From Dicyema japonicum (taxonomy: Eukaryota; Animalia; Dicyemida): a stretch of DNA of 64,000 nucleotides. Under the pieces are notes generated by a model. It was given only the letters and a program-made list of their open reading frames with translations. It did no database searches and had not been told where the DNA came from. Each line of letters opens with the position of its first letter. Position 1 is the stretch's first letter. This document shows, piece after piece, positions 1-13,099 of this stretch. The stretch is from positions 177,143 to 241,142 of the forward strand of contig RDEW01000020.1 in assembly GCA_011109175.1 (NCBI GenBank), written 5' to 3'. Made by a program: the position numbers and the translations under genes.

Positions 1-59
1 ATTTTGAAGCAATGATCTCTAGGAGGCTGAGTATTTTGTTCCCTCAGGACTCGTATATC

Positions 60-870
60 TCGAATAGACACGATGTTGTGAATTCTTTCAGTCAAGTTTC
101 GATGTGTGATCAATTGTGATTTTCCTGAATGTTCTTTATAGATCAGTAAGGATCTTACGATTGTGTGATCTCTGGTGGATTTGAGTAGTGGGAAGGGTAG
201 GTGGTTAGGGGAGAGTGATTGTTAGAGATATTGTAAGCTCCGCATTTCAAGTTGATCATCAATGGCAGGTTCTTCTTCTCCACCTATAGATTGTCAGCAG
301 GAGTAGATTTTAAACAGTTCGTTAAAAACCAAGGCTTGTACCTAATGTAACTTTTGTAGGAAGGTGAGTGATTTGTATGATTCCCAACTTGCGGAGGCAT
401 AATTAAACGTCGTCCTGATGATTTTTTGTATAAGAAAGTGGGACATTTTTATATTGCTCGTTTGAGGGACCTGCTACTGCACGAAAATTTGTTTTTCGTT
501 TGTCTTTAGTGCAGAGATTTTCGATTTGTTTGTTGAGACAGATTGAGGGCGAAACTCATGCGATTTGAAAAGTTGAGGAGGCGGGAAATTTCGTTCTAAG
601 CTACTCTTTTAAGAATTTTTGATACCACCGAAAGAAGGGAAATTGGTTGGGACGAAAGGGCAAAGGAATCTTAATCAGCTTTGAAGAGATGGCGATGGTC
701 GATAACTCTTAGATGTTCATAGTACCTTCAGTCCCTTTGTCTAAGATGTCTTAAGTGGAAAATACAGAGACCATCATTTTGATTGTCGTGAATTGGGCTA
801 GGCGTTTGAATATGTGTTCTCGCTGTTTGTTGTAGTTTGGTTATATAAAACCAAAAATCAACATTAAATT
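60..870 (-). mobile_element. Degenerate non-LTR retrotransposon (LINE) RT fragment with internal deletion
   Basis: Minus strand gives the RT motif PISLLSVVSKILKRV, then jumps to the post-RT motif LYKKIIRTTFNYASASW; many stops and frameshifts. Confidence 0.6.
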
Positions 871-879
871 TTTTTTAAA

Positions 880-1322
880 TGAAAGAAAATTTTATTATCA
901 AATAAATAAAAATTAAATTAAGGCATCTGAATGGCCATGCTATTTCCCTAACAATAGCCAACGAGATACGTTCTCGGAACCAACCAGTCTCTCGCGGATC
1001 CTTGGTCACAGCTTGAATCATGGAGCCAATCTTACGAACCAACTCATCTGCTTGGGGCCAAGGATTCCTGACGTTTCCACCGCGAATATACAAAAAGATA
1101 CTCCTCCGAAATTCTCTGGTACTTCCTCCTCTTTCGTTCCTCGGCCTGCTTTGAAGCATGTCCTGGGTCTGAAGCAGAAGCAACCAAATTAGACGGGGAA
1201 TAAGTATCAACACACGTCGCGTCCCAGATCAGGTTTCGTCCGTTGGCGAATGGAAAAGTCGTTATCCATCAGGGCGTTTTCCATCGTTTCGGGAAAGACC
1301 AGCAGGTTCTAACAGGCAATCA
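880..1322 (-). mobile_element. CRE-like non-LTR retrotransposon 3' fragment (restriction-like endonuclease region)
   Basis: Frameshifted motifs LEPAGLSRNDGKRPDG, PFANGRNLIWDATC and DPRETGWFRERISLAIVR; homologous to the copies at 54.4-55.7 kb and 60.8-63.0 kb. Confidence 0.8.
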
Positions 1323-1454
1323 TTAAATTAACAAGGAAAAAAGGCCGCCATTAAATAATCCTGCTTTTCACAGCAACCATCTCATAATCACTTGGTCTCC
1401 CTCCTGGATCCCACGTAGTTCGCGCTGGCTCACATGACATGATGGCGTTTATTT

Positions 1455-2270
1455 ATTTGTTTAACTCCAAAGACCACCAGAAAGATAGGTCAAAACTAAC
1501 TAATTAAGTGATCCCAGTCTTTAACAACATCCGAACTTTCTTCGCCTGGTCTTCTAGTGATTCAACTGCACTCCGGAAGCGTTTTCCTCTTCCTTCTGCA
1601 TAGGAATTCAATCGGCATGCACTTTTTTTTTATAGTCGACCGAAATTCATCTGTATGGGTCACTTTTTCCTTGAATAGGTTTCCCAGTTCCTTGCAATAA
1701 CGTAGGAAACCCTGGCCATTCTTCAACGTCGCCTCATCAGAAACGAGGTCGCCAATGGAGATGTCAGTGTGTTGCATAATTTTCTGCCTGAAGAGTTCAA
1801 ACGATCAATTCTCGAAGAAAAAATGGCGAATCTCCATTCGGAGCAAGCATATTCAATAGTAGGAACAATGACTTGTTGGTAGACCTTGTTGACGCAAGCA
1901 GCATCGGGGAAGGGGCTCTTCTTTATGATCGCTTTTAAAATGCTCCATTTCCGAAGATTCTTGGCAAGCACCTCCTTTACGTGACTCGAGAACGTCATCA
2001 GAGAGTCGAAAACTATCCCAAGGACCTTTTGGGTCTGCTTAGAAGGGATAGAAGTATCTCCAAAAACACTTCGAATCCATCCTTAAATCTTCTATCAGTA
2101 GTGAAAATGGTGAACTGGGATTTAGATGCTGACACACATAACCGGTTTAGGTGTGACTGAACAATTGCTCCACCACGGAAGGAGATTTATCTCTTGCAGC
2201 GATAATTACGTCGTCCGCAATAGGATAAAAACATATTGTCCTGGTCATTGGTAGTAGGTAGGTCATGTAG
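1455..2270 (-). mobile_element. LINE 3' fragment (RT C-terminal region, ORF ends GIT*, then 3' UTR)
   Basis: IADD-like RT motif near 2215, KVLGIVFDSLMTFSSHV and YQQVIVPTIEYACSEW; the GGGATCACTTAA...GGTGGTCTTTGG end is shared with 24829-25800. Confidence 0.8.
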
Positions 2271-2519
2271 AAATGACTGGCGTTCACGTGAGGTAAACCA
2301 CTTACTCGATCTCTTACTATGATTGAGCTTTGTAACGAAAAATTAATGATATTAAAAGTAAACCGTCCATAACGTAAACATGTTATAACGCTGACACATG
2401 TGATATTGTGGCAAGGTTCCCATGGGGTGTCAAATATTAAAATTATAGAGTAATTTAGAATATTAATTTTATAATTAAAATTCGAAAATTTCCTTTTCCC
2501 AAATAATAAACAAATAAAA

Positions 2520-3674
2520 TTAAAGTAATGTAGCCTATAGAATGGGATATATACCATTGGTTCTATTCTGTTTCGAAATTTGTAATGAACAACGCCGATA
2601 ACTCCAATAATTGAAAGAACTATGAAAGTGACTGTAATCCAATGATTTTCGATTTTTGTGAATTATTATTTGAAAAAATAAATTATCTTTTCAAAACATC
2701 CTGACTCTAACTATAATTTACTCAATGATACTATTTCCAACAAATCGAAAGTTCAAATTATTCCGAAAAAACTGTGCTCTAAACAAATAAAAAATGGCAG
2801 TAATATTATCAGTAAAGTTGATTATAAATAATTCACAATAATAATAATTTCCAGCACTGACATAGTTAGGATTAATGAAATGTGGAATTCGAGCTTTAGT
2901 AATTGTGTTAATAAAACTGATTTCTGCAATATAATATTTATTTATTATTAAATATGATCTGAAATGGATTATAAAATCAGTTCCATGTAGGAATAAATCA
3001 ATACATTTTTATCACTATTCTGTAATAAGGTTGTTTTCGGAAAATAGATAACGTTTCGTCTATAACTAACATTTTCAAATACATTAGAATTATCAGTAAT
3101 TTTTACTTTAATATTTCCACTTAGTACGGTTTGGAGTCGGTCTTTTGTAAAGTAGTACCAAACCGGAACATTTGGGTCGTTAGAAAAATCACAGTCATTG
3201 GCCAAATTAAAAATATTCAAACCTTTTCCATTAAATTTTACATTGGAAAAAATACTGAAATGTTGAATCTTTAAAGAATAAATGTTGAGAGAAATACGAT
3301 CTGTAAAATTTACCGAAATTATTCCGCATCTATAATATTCTCCAGTTCTGATATTTGGAAATTTTATAATTTGTGTATATCGATAATTAACTTAATTTTA
3401 GTTAACATAAATGTACTAGATTTTAACATAAATTTCATTGTTATAGCATGAAATCCTTCTGAATAGTCGACTAAGAATATGAAAGTTATAACATCACCAA
3501 AACCAAATTGATAGGAGTAATAGAGAAAACATTTCATACATTTTACTTGTTGTCTATAGTATTATTGATGAATTACATTTTTATCATTATTTGACAAAAA
3601 AAACTTCCACGAAATTGTATATTAGGTAAAACTTCAATTTTTGCAATAAAATAGAACAAAATTACCAACAACAT
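2520..3674 (-). CDS. Lineage-specific single-pass membrane protein (signal peptide plus C-terminal TM helix), with micro-introns
   Basis: ATG at 3674 gives MLLVILFYFIAKIEV. The frame is maintained across 23-27 nt GT-AG introns into ORF 2969..3220. The hydrophobic segment WITVTFIVLSIIGVIGVV lies near 2600-2650. No recognisable family; the 3' exons are less certain. Confidence 0.55.
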
Positions 3675-4414
3675 AAAATATTAAATGAACATCTCAGTGT
3701 GACTAATTTAGGTCAGATATTGGGTTGATTAATTTATTTATAATTTTTATTAATTTTGAGATAACAATTTTTATATTCTATTTAAAATCATCTTAGATTC
3801 TTATTTTTATATTTATTTCATTAAAATTTTTAATGAAGCTGAAGGAACCCATAATAGTTCTCGAGGAACGCATGATTCAAGAACCGTGTGGAACTGCAGA
3901 CTACCACATCATATAAGCAGTTTATTGATATAAAGAAGTAGTTTATTAGTCAGTTAGCATGCCCGTCGTCTTTAACTGAAACTGATTGAATGTGATATAA
4001 AATAACTTTTTTTAGTGATAGGAATGCAGGCGTATTTGTGGATGAGAAATCCATATCAAGCGGATCCATAAGAATGAGAGAGTTATTATTGCGGATGCAA
4101 GTTCTGGATGATGTAAAGTTAACGAATATAATTTGTCTGATTTGGAAGCGACACCATTCGAAAATTTGAAAAACGATCACTTGGTTTCTGATTTTGTTAG
4201 TCCCCAAGGGGACAGGTTATTTATTGGCGTGACGTCGTCAGCTCGCAGACAATCAATATGAGAACCAACGCAGGACCATCCATTGAGGAAAATTTTTTTG
4301 TCGTTATTTCAAACAGCGTCCCATCTTGAGGATACGACTCTATTTAAGAATATTCTTAATCACAGTTAAACATAACCTAAAATGCTAAGTACTTTTCAAA
4401 ATTTTAATACTAAC

Positions 4415-5776
4415 TCAATTTAAATTAACGAAAGCCCTAAACAGACACAAATCATCACGTGCATGCAAAATCAGTTGGAAATCAGCAGGGATAACAAAAC
4501 AGATCCTTTAGAGATACGAAACCTTTCATCTAACTCCTCGACATCAGCTGATCCAAAGAGCACGAAGCATATTGAAATAGTGCGGACATTGACAGCTCTA
4601 GTGACTCCAAGTGGTACCCTTAATTAACCAATAAGCACACCAATAGCTTTTCGATCCCAAATTCTTTCGGGGGAGGAATATATAGGCAATTTGAGGGAGT
4701 AATCAAAATCTCAGAAGGTTTGAAAGGAGAATAATTGACAAGACGACAGAGATTGTCCACATCGCAGAGTTTTGGGGTCAAACCAGCCCTGATGACCATA
4801 TCCGAGTGAGCCATACACTCAACACAGTCTAAATATAAAACTGAGTCAACCTCCGTAGAGATAAGCATGAGGCAATCCAGCGTCAAGAAACATGGCCTCG
4901 TCAGGGTTCAATTTCACAATATTTAACAAAAAGACTGCAAAACAGCCAATATCTCCATCAAAATGTAGAGTCGTCCATCTAAACCAATCAAAAATATTCC
5001 ACGTGTCTGAAATGTCAAAAAATGAAACCTTTATCTTGTTTGGATTCACAGATGTTTCGTTCCAAAACATTATTTTGAGCAGTTTTAACGGATTCCGTTG
5101 AATTGAGTGATCTGTCCATAAGTTTGATGAAACAACACTTCAATGTTTCCGTTGTTGGATTGGAAATAAAGTTACAAGATTCCGCGGCGCCCATCAAAGA
5201 TTTCAATTCAGGGATCTCTAAAGGTGATGAGACGTGGGACCATTTAAAAAATATACAATCTCTGAATAAGGTCTGAATCCACACAAGCCATAAAACGGAG
5301 TAATAGCTACACACATTTCTGGTTTGTGGTTGGCTTCTGGATACACACGTGGGTTACTTCTATTCAGTTCTTCTGCTTGTTGCTATGACATTAAACACAC
5401 GTGACCTTATTCGGGTGTATTTGGATAGATAATGGTTTTGATACGGAGAGTACCTTAAACAAGAAGGGTAAACGATCCCCAAAGATGTCAAAGGAGTCCG
5501 AACCCAAATAGTCCGTATTTTTGGCCAAGAACTTGTCCAATCCTTCCCCAGTCGTAGAAATGCGAGAACAACCATTTGGATGGGTCCCCATCCATAACTA
5601 CCATTCGTAACAATAAAAACTTCTGCGTATGGCTGATCGTGTTCGACAGTCACGTGGCCACCTGATTCTGCTAGTTGTGCTACTAAACTGTGTGGCGCTT
5701 TAATTCCCCAGGCATATTTCTGAACAGAGCATTTCAGTGTCTTTACTAAAATAAAACAGTTTACTTAACTTTTCAT
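4415..5776 (-). CDS. MPI: Mannose-6-phosphate isomerase (type I PMI), 7 introns of 20-24 nt
   Basis: Spliced translation shows [67 protein letters not shown] and C-terminal LFRAF. One apparent 1-nt deletion in a T-run near 4497. Confidence 0.95.
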
Positions 5777-5889
5777 GCTTATTGGATTGAAATTCAATTT
5801 AACTTTAAAAAAAGAATTAATTTTAATAAATTAAAAAAAAGTAAATAACTATTAATCTAACAGTCTCCCTAAAAAATAAATAAATAAAG

Positions 5890-6030
5890 ACCCTTCAGGA
5901 ACGCTGTTGGTTCACTGGCGGAGCATTCGAAGCGAATTCGAAAGATGTTGGAGGCTCGGATCACTTAATTTAGCGAGTTAATACTTTTTTGGTGGTCTTG
6001 GGGTTTTAAAAAAAAAATAAATAAATAAAG
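5890..6030 (+). mobile_element. Short 5'-truncated LINE 3' end with A-rich tail
   Basis: FRNAVGSLAEHSKRIRKMLEARIT* followed by GGTGGTCTTGGGGTTTT and AAAAAAAAAATAAATAAATAAA; same family as 1455-2270 and 24829-25800. Confidence 0.7.
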
Positions 6031-6059
6031 AAGATCTCTTTTCAAGCAACAGTCACTAG

Positions 6060-6530
6060 GACTACAAAGGTTCACCACCTTGTCGTTAAGACCAACCTTC
6101 TTTCTATGTACTTTTAAGGAAAATGGAACCCTATTGAGTCGGATATGAGGTCTTTTTATTTTCTCCTGGAGAATTGATCATATCAACTCTGGCGGAAAAC
6201 TCTGCCTCTTCTTTCCTCATACGAAAGTATTAACTGCTACTTTCCTTTCAGAGGAGTCGGCCAGAAGCAATGGGGGGATCTTGTATTTCATGAAAATAAC
6301 AGGAAACCCATTTGGGAAAAGATTATCCCTGCGAGGAATCCTGATCGATCTTGGAAAAAGACAATCCGATTGAGTTCTTTTGCAAAAATTTGAAGAGACA
6401 CTTCGGGATGGCCGTGGGATCGCTGGCATACCACTCGCGGAGAGTCTGTAAGTTACTAAACTCTGTGATCACTAAATTAGTTGGCTTTGGAACCTTTTTT
6501 CTTTGATCTTGGTTTCTTAATTAAAAATCT
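6060..6530 (+). mobile_element. LINE 3' fragment (same C-terminal family)
   Basis: NPIEFFCKNLKRHFGMAVGSLAYHSRRV aligns with TPISFLLKDQRRHFRSTVGTMETH (25670-25750); ends GATCACTAAATTAG. Confidence 0.6.
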
Positions 6531-6930
6531 AATATTCCTGCAATATAACTTCCCCTACTCCGCAATGAAGGTACGTCACAACCTCAACCTTCCGACCGAG
6601 GAACGAATCCAAGGAGAAGTCTGTTGTACCGACCAAATTCACCCTCCAATAGTCCATTACAGGCTTCCGTTTCCTAAGATAGGTGGAGAAGTAGGTCAGA
6701 CCTTTTCTATTTTCATCACACGTCCTACTGTCGCGGACATCACTTGCGGAAGAGTTAATGGTAATCCTCACCAGTGGATTTAGTCAGGGAGAAGATTAGA
6801 GAATTCGTTCAAATACTGTCGTGTCAGAACGACTCGTCGCCTCACGGGTGGGATCGCCTAGACGAGAATTGACCTTCGCTGAAATGACTGTTTGCGTTTG
6901 ACTTAGATTGCAAGCCTGGGGTAATAAAAA
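6530..6930 (-). repeat. Dispersed repeat, probable retroelement 5' region (second copy at 27488-27662)
   Basis: 6629-6792 aligns colinearly with 27492-27660 (CGACCAAAT...CAATAGTC...CGGACAT...GCGGAAGAGTT...TCCTCAC..GTGGA...GTCAGGGAGA); a GC-rich island follows at 6818-6920. Confidence 0.6.
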
Positions 6931-7102
6931 AACCTTCAACGGTGACCAGCATGTGAAAATTGATAATTAAAGGCACATCGATAGTCCCTTGGAATCAATA
7001 CCATATGGGCTAATTTTAATTATCTTAATACATCGGGAAATCGATTAATTAAGTTGGTTACTTTATTCGAATTCAAATTACGAACAAACGAATAGTAAAG
7101 GC

Positions 7103-10100
7103 ATGTCTTCCAGATTTATCGATTATGTTATTGTGGTTAAGTCTGATAAGGCATCCCCTCTCCTAAAAAAATATCCTACTGTGGATCACGAGGATTTTCC
7201 AATTCCCTACGACGTTGTTTTCTTTTGTCAACCAGAATGTTGCACAAACTGCAGTTGTGTTGGTCGTAAATTCCAATCTCAATTCTTCACATTTATGCTG
7301 ACGGAAAAGGAAACCGCCAAAGTCCGCTATGGAATCACTCATAACTTCTATGTACAACAACATTGTGGCGAAGAAATGGAATCCAAGTATTTCCTCGCAT
7401 CTTTGTGCATAATCACTCAGCACAACTTTTTTTCCGCGTTCACGGAATGTTTAAGGGCGTTAAAGACTATTTTTGATTTTACGGAGAATTTATTTTTCGG
7501 ATTGCAAAGAAAATGTTCCCAAGAAAATCAAAAGTTAAAATCACGTTATTTTTAAAGGTACAAATTTTGGGATGTTTTTCACGGAAAATTACGATTTCCA
7601 GTTTAAAAATTTGTTTGAGGAACTTCAAAGTGAATTAGAAAGCTGGATTTATCGACTTTTGCGTATTCCCAATATTCTGAGTGATATAAATGCAATCCAA
7701 GTACTTTGAATATTTTTTCCCAGATTTTACTGCTTCCTGAAACATCAGTGAGGGTTGGAATCCCGGACGATAAAAGACTTCATTTAGGAGACTATCCAAT
7801 CGTATTTCCATTCGAAATTCTGGGGATCGACATTTGTCTGCAAATCCTCAGTCTAATTTTGCTTGAACAAAAAGTAAGTGAATATCCCCAAAATAGATTA
7901 TTTTCAAATCTGAGAATTTTTCAATTCTAACTTTTACAATTTTTACTTTTCTGACGTTACTCTACCCATTGGAGTACCTCTTCCCTGTAATTCCAATATT
8001 ACCAATGTCCATGAACTCTGCTGAGAATGTTGGAGATTATATTTACCTCAGCTCATACTGGCTCCCACTCCCTTCATTATCGGCCTTTCAGCTAATTTTA
8101 TCAAAAATCACGAGGACTTTAAGTTTCCAACGGATATTTGGGTCGTCGACATTGACCAAGACAAAGTAGTCTAATAATCCCCAAATATTAGATCACTAAA
8201 GGCAAAACCTGCGAAGAAATCGTCCCGTTTCCGAAGGACCAAAGAATCTTGTTGAAGGAAAAAATCAAATTAGTAACATTTGGGTAATTCCAGATCCTCC
8301 AAAAGATGTCCAAAATGCCGGAAGCTAAAAATTCTACGAATGTGGAAATTAGAATAGCTCTTGTGAGTTTTTAGTTGTATTCCCAAGGTTGAACTTTTTG
8401 GGCATCTTATTGGTGATGTCTGCGATTATATCCAAATAATTCGTCTTTACCCCAAACCTTTGGTTAACTTTGACTCGGTCTCCTTTCTAAGTCAAAAAAA
8501 CTGTCAGTTTATTTCTCGTCTGGCTAAAACTCAGGTTTATGGTCGATAAGATTCAGACTATTCAATATTTTGCCCAACAACTAGTCTGCTGTGAATTTGA
8601 GCCTTTGAGGAGAATCATGAGAGGAGTCGAACCATCTGATGTTGGGGACAAAGTGGATTGGTTCATTGAAGAGAGGAATGTTATGAAATATGACATCTTC
8701 TGCGACGGATGTTTTCTGAATTCTTCATCATTCGATCTATTCGCTAGGGGACAAAGTAGTTAAATATTTAAGTCGAGTCGATTTTGATTCCATACAGTTC
8801 CCCCTTCGTTTGCTGGACGATAGAAGGGAGAGCTATAAAGAAGGAAAGGATACCTCAGACCTTTTAGAAAATTATAAAGAAGATTCACAAGATAATATCA
8901 CTCCGAGGACACATTTCAGTCCTCCAGTGAAAACGACGACGAAACCACCATCGAGTACGGGGAAGTTCAGATACAATTCAAAATGGAAGTTTCACTGTAA
9001 CTTAGTTTTAGGGTCATCACTGACTTCAATAAAGGGAAAGTTTGCCAGCATCTACAAGTCAATAAAATACGAAAAGGATAACATTGCGTATATTATTTGA
9101 CTCACGTAGTGTGGATAAAGACTTCTTGCATGAAATCGCTGGGAGACTTAAGGAAGGAAAGGGGCTTGGATGGGGGAATGTGGGACGACTAACATACCTG
9201 ATGGGGAATGAGATATATAGAACAATATTACTTGCAAAAATAAATGGATTGAACAGAAATTCTGCAAAAAAACAGTTCATAGAGCACGTGGTAGTATTTT
9301 ATGGTTTATGTGGGAAATTTCTTACAATGCTAGTAAGAATTACATTAAACTGTGCAAAATAATAATGCAAGGTCTCCAAAAGTCATGGACCACTAAGACC
9401 CCCAATGGGAACGGGAGTGCATATATCTTTCTAGAACTACTTTATACGTATTTTTACAAATGTCGAAAAAAGTCATCAATCGTATTATTTCACGAATAAC
9501 CACAGTTATCAAGTAGACAATCCTTGATTTCTGAGAAAATGGGAATTCTGGAAGATCGGTCTGACAACGAAGCTGTCTATCTATATTTAGACGTCCTCCA
9601 AGGTTTTTTATAGTCACTTCAAATCAGTCCAAGACCAAGACTTTCTCAAATGCCACGTCTTCTGGGAAAGTGCCTACTTTTACGCAGTTTCGTATGAGAG
9701 AGACTTGGAAGGAGTCGAGATGGATTCTAATAATCTTTTAAAACGGTAGTGTCCCCAATATATTTCAGCTACAAAGTTCTACCGCAGAGTTGAAGAAACT
9801 GGAAAATAAGGAGGAAACTCTATTATCTGATATGCTTTACAATTTAGTCAATTTAATGGTGATGACAAGGATGGAAGGTTTCTTCTTTGGTAGAGTATAA
9901 TCAGAAAGGAGTGGGTATCAAAAAGATCATTCGGCGTCTTGTGGGAAAATGCCACATTGGACTGAGTCAGGGACAATTTCTTTACGATTTTTTGGATAAT
10001 GTGGAGGAATTAGTTCAAATTTCTTCAATTTACTTAAAGGGGGGTAATACAACGAGGCTTATAGCGTATGGGCATTACAACCGGTCTTTATTCACTGCGA

Positions 10101-10730
10101 GTTGGGGTAAACAGTCCGAAAATGTGGTATTGGAGGTACTTCCCTCTCTTAAGTAGATTTCACACGACTCAATTATCGCACGTGACTGGGATATGAACAT
10201 ACTAGACAGGTGGTGGTTTAACAGAATAATAAATTCAACTTTCATTCCGAAATCACGGGAAATACTAATTTGGTACAAAACCAGGGGGAAGAGTTCTCTA
10301 TACAGGTTCAGGATGAGTCAGGTATGCTTATGAGTTAGGATTAGTCTGAGTTGTTCTTTGGCGAACTGAACACTGTTTTGGGGAGACAGGAGAGCGTTAT
10401 ACAAGAACAAGTCGAACAAAGTTTTTCAGTAGTCGACTGTGGAGTAAACGAACAAGTCGGAGTCCTCAAAATAAATAAAAATGGAGTGGAGATTAAATTT
10501 GAGACCCAAACAGTAACCAGTGAGATAATACAAAGATTAAAATAAGAACAGAAGAACTTAGGAGGTGTTTTACAAAGGGAGAGAACGTGGTAATCATCGA
10601 ACAGTACAGTATTAGTGGTCTGGTAATAATAGATAAAGAAGAGGATGTATCAATATTGTGGAAATATCATAGTGATAAGGCTGGGGATATTTGCTACTCC
10701 GTTTTATGCCTTTTTTCTCATTGGAGATAA
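7103..10730 (+). CDS. MADD: MAP kinase-activating death domain protein / Rab3-Rab27 GEF (DENN family, AEX-3 orthologue), many micro-introns
   Basis: uDENN start RFIDYVIVV...LLKKYPTVDHEDFPIPYDVVFFCQPE; DENN motifs LEYLFPVIPILP and LAPTPFIIG; DVGDKVDWF; IRRLVGKCHIGL; C-terminal DICYSVLCLFS. Confidence 0.93.
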
Positions 10731-11489
10731 ATAAAAATAATTTTAATGGCTAATTTTCGACTTTCGATTACATTTTATGACAATAGTGAAATTTATAGCA
10801 AAAATAGTAGACTGTTATTTCACCTTTGTTGAAATATTCGAGAATAATCTAGAATAATCTAGAATTAATAGTCTTCAAGAAAGAATTGTTCAAGTTCCTT
10901 AAATTTTGCAACAGACGAGACTGAAATTCAGAAAATAGAGTATCCGATCCTTCTTCGTTTTGAAATGAGATTAAAAAATAGTCTTTAAAAGTCAAAGTTC
11001 ATAGAGCACGTGGGAGAATCTTTTTCAGAGTTAAATTTGAGAGAAGGAACTTTTTACATAGAATTTTTTCCAGTGATTGATAGATGTAGAGCTTCGACGT
11101 AACGCCTCCCACTATGAATTTTGTTTAGCTCAGCACATAGATCTCGCTCACGATTCATCCCCCTTGATGATTATGCTATTACAAACGGCAACTTATCCAG
11201 GATCAGCCTTGCAAAGGGCCAGACTCTTAAGAAAAAAATACGAATGTCTCAGTGAGCGATCAATACCATCTTTCGATTTACGGGGGTTATGAAAAAGGTA
11301 ATTCCATTCGAGGACATTAAGAAATCCGGTGTCGCATTCATCAAACTTGGAAAATCGCCAAAAATGGGTATATTAGATGATGCATCGGTTCCCGAGAGAA
11401 ACACCAGGAGGTAGTTACTAAGAGAGGCCGGGATCAGTGGAACCTTCAGCCAGAATGTAGAGCAACGAGAATCGAACTAGGGGCCTTAT

Positions 11490-12644
11490 ATAATTTTTTT
11501 GTATTTTAATAACAATCTTTTTAATATTAGATTTTATTTAACAAAACAGGAGAACAAGAAACAAAAAAAGAGAATTTTTATTTTATAATAAAAAATTAAA
11601 TGCGATTTTTGGATTGTAATTCTCCTGCAATTATTTCTAATTCTGGCACATATGAGATTATTGCTATTCTCATGAAGTCCCCAAGGTTCATCTGTTAAAC
11701 GGGTCCAGTGTTGAGATTTTATCATTTTCATGCTCGAAAATGATGTTTCAGATAAACACGTGCTTCTGAAGCACAAAAGAATTCGTTGATACGCGTCAAT
11801 CAAAATGGGATATTTTTCTGGAGACATAAATTTCCACTGTACTTTTAAATGATGTCATTTTTTAGATTTATAATTTCTATTTGAATCTTTTTTGGATCAA
11901 CGTCAAAAATCTTTCTAAATTCTTCTGAAACATTTTTGATATGACTTTCCATGAACGGAGAAGCAAAGAAAGTGCATAAAAGACTAATTTTCTTGAAATC
12001 GCCGAATCTGTGATTAAACTCGTTCATTATATTTTGTAGTGCCACAGAAAATTCTTTGACATAATTATTTTTATTAACAAGTTGTTTTGTGAATTCATCT
12101 TCAAAATTAGGAAAATGGGTAAAATTTTCTTTATTTTTTCATATCATCGAATAATGAATCAACAGCTTCCAAAAACATGATTTTAAAATATCACCATCAG
12201 TGAAAGGTTTTTTTGTGTTTTGCAAGGAGACGAGTCACACGCAATGATGCAATTGTTGCAGATGTGAACGAATTAATAAATTTTTTTCAAAGCTATATGT
12301 TGGAAAAAAAGATTTTTTAAAATTATTCGACTTTCTTTTTTCGCCAAATGGAATTTTAGGAAAATCATTGTTGAAATCGGATGCAACGAATTAATATGCC
12401 AACAAAAATTTTCTCTTTTAGGTAGTGAAATAATTTTATTGCCTAACATACATGTTCATTTTTCCACGTGTTGCACTTTTTGATAACATCGACGTGAAAA
12501 ATATTAACTTTGATATTGATAAATATTTTTTTATAATAATTTAAATACAAAAAAATAATTAGCAATTTGTATATCGAGTGTTAAAATTCAATCGATTGCG
12601 ATCGACCAAAAATCTCGCTGTGATCGACCGGTTGGCCACCCCTA
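11490..12644 (-). mobile_element. hAT (Charlie/SPIN-like) DNA transposon remnant with internal deletion
   Basis: hAT dimerisation motif FRSTCLSETSFSSMKMIKSQHWTRLTDE; terminal sequence TAGGGGTGGCCAACCGGTCGATC at 12644 is typical of Charlie-group TIRs. Confidence 0.85.
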
Positions 12645-13099
12645 TACTAGGTTATCTAGGAATAATAAATTAAATATTGCAGATACTTTAAATTTTTAAT
12701 GTTACCCATTTTAGGAAAGGATCTATTATAGGATTCCTCACCTAACGTTTTTAATTACAGGGTCGGCAATGAAAGCGGGAGAGCCTCCCGTTATATGAAA
12801 ACTCAAAAATAAAGAATACAGCAGCCTCCTAAACCTTTTCCATGTCGTCGAGACTAGCGGAGTCTTTGGCCCCAAGACGGTCTCTTTCCTCAGAGCACTT
12901 GGGTGTCTATTAACCAAAGCCTCGAGGGAGCGTCGGGAAACGAGTGGCTTTTCCAAAGGATATCCCTGGCAGTAGTCAGAGGTAAAGCCACTCGATCATA
13001 TCCGCTGGACTCAGTAATTAACTAATCATGTTTCCTAATAATAAATTTTGATTATTAAAAAAAAATTACAGGGAGTAAGTTTTTAATCGTCCAGGAAGG

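Noticed and set aside
9274-11013. Exact 18-bp direct repeat AGTTCATAGAGCACGTGG at a MADD exon end (9274-9291) and downstream (10996-11013)
   Set aside because: A rough estimate gives about a 1 in 10 chance of one such match in 64 kb, higher given the CACGTG enrichment; the flanks do not align.
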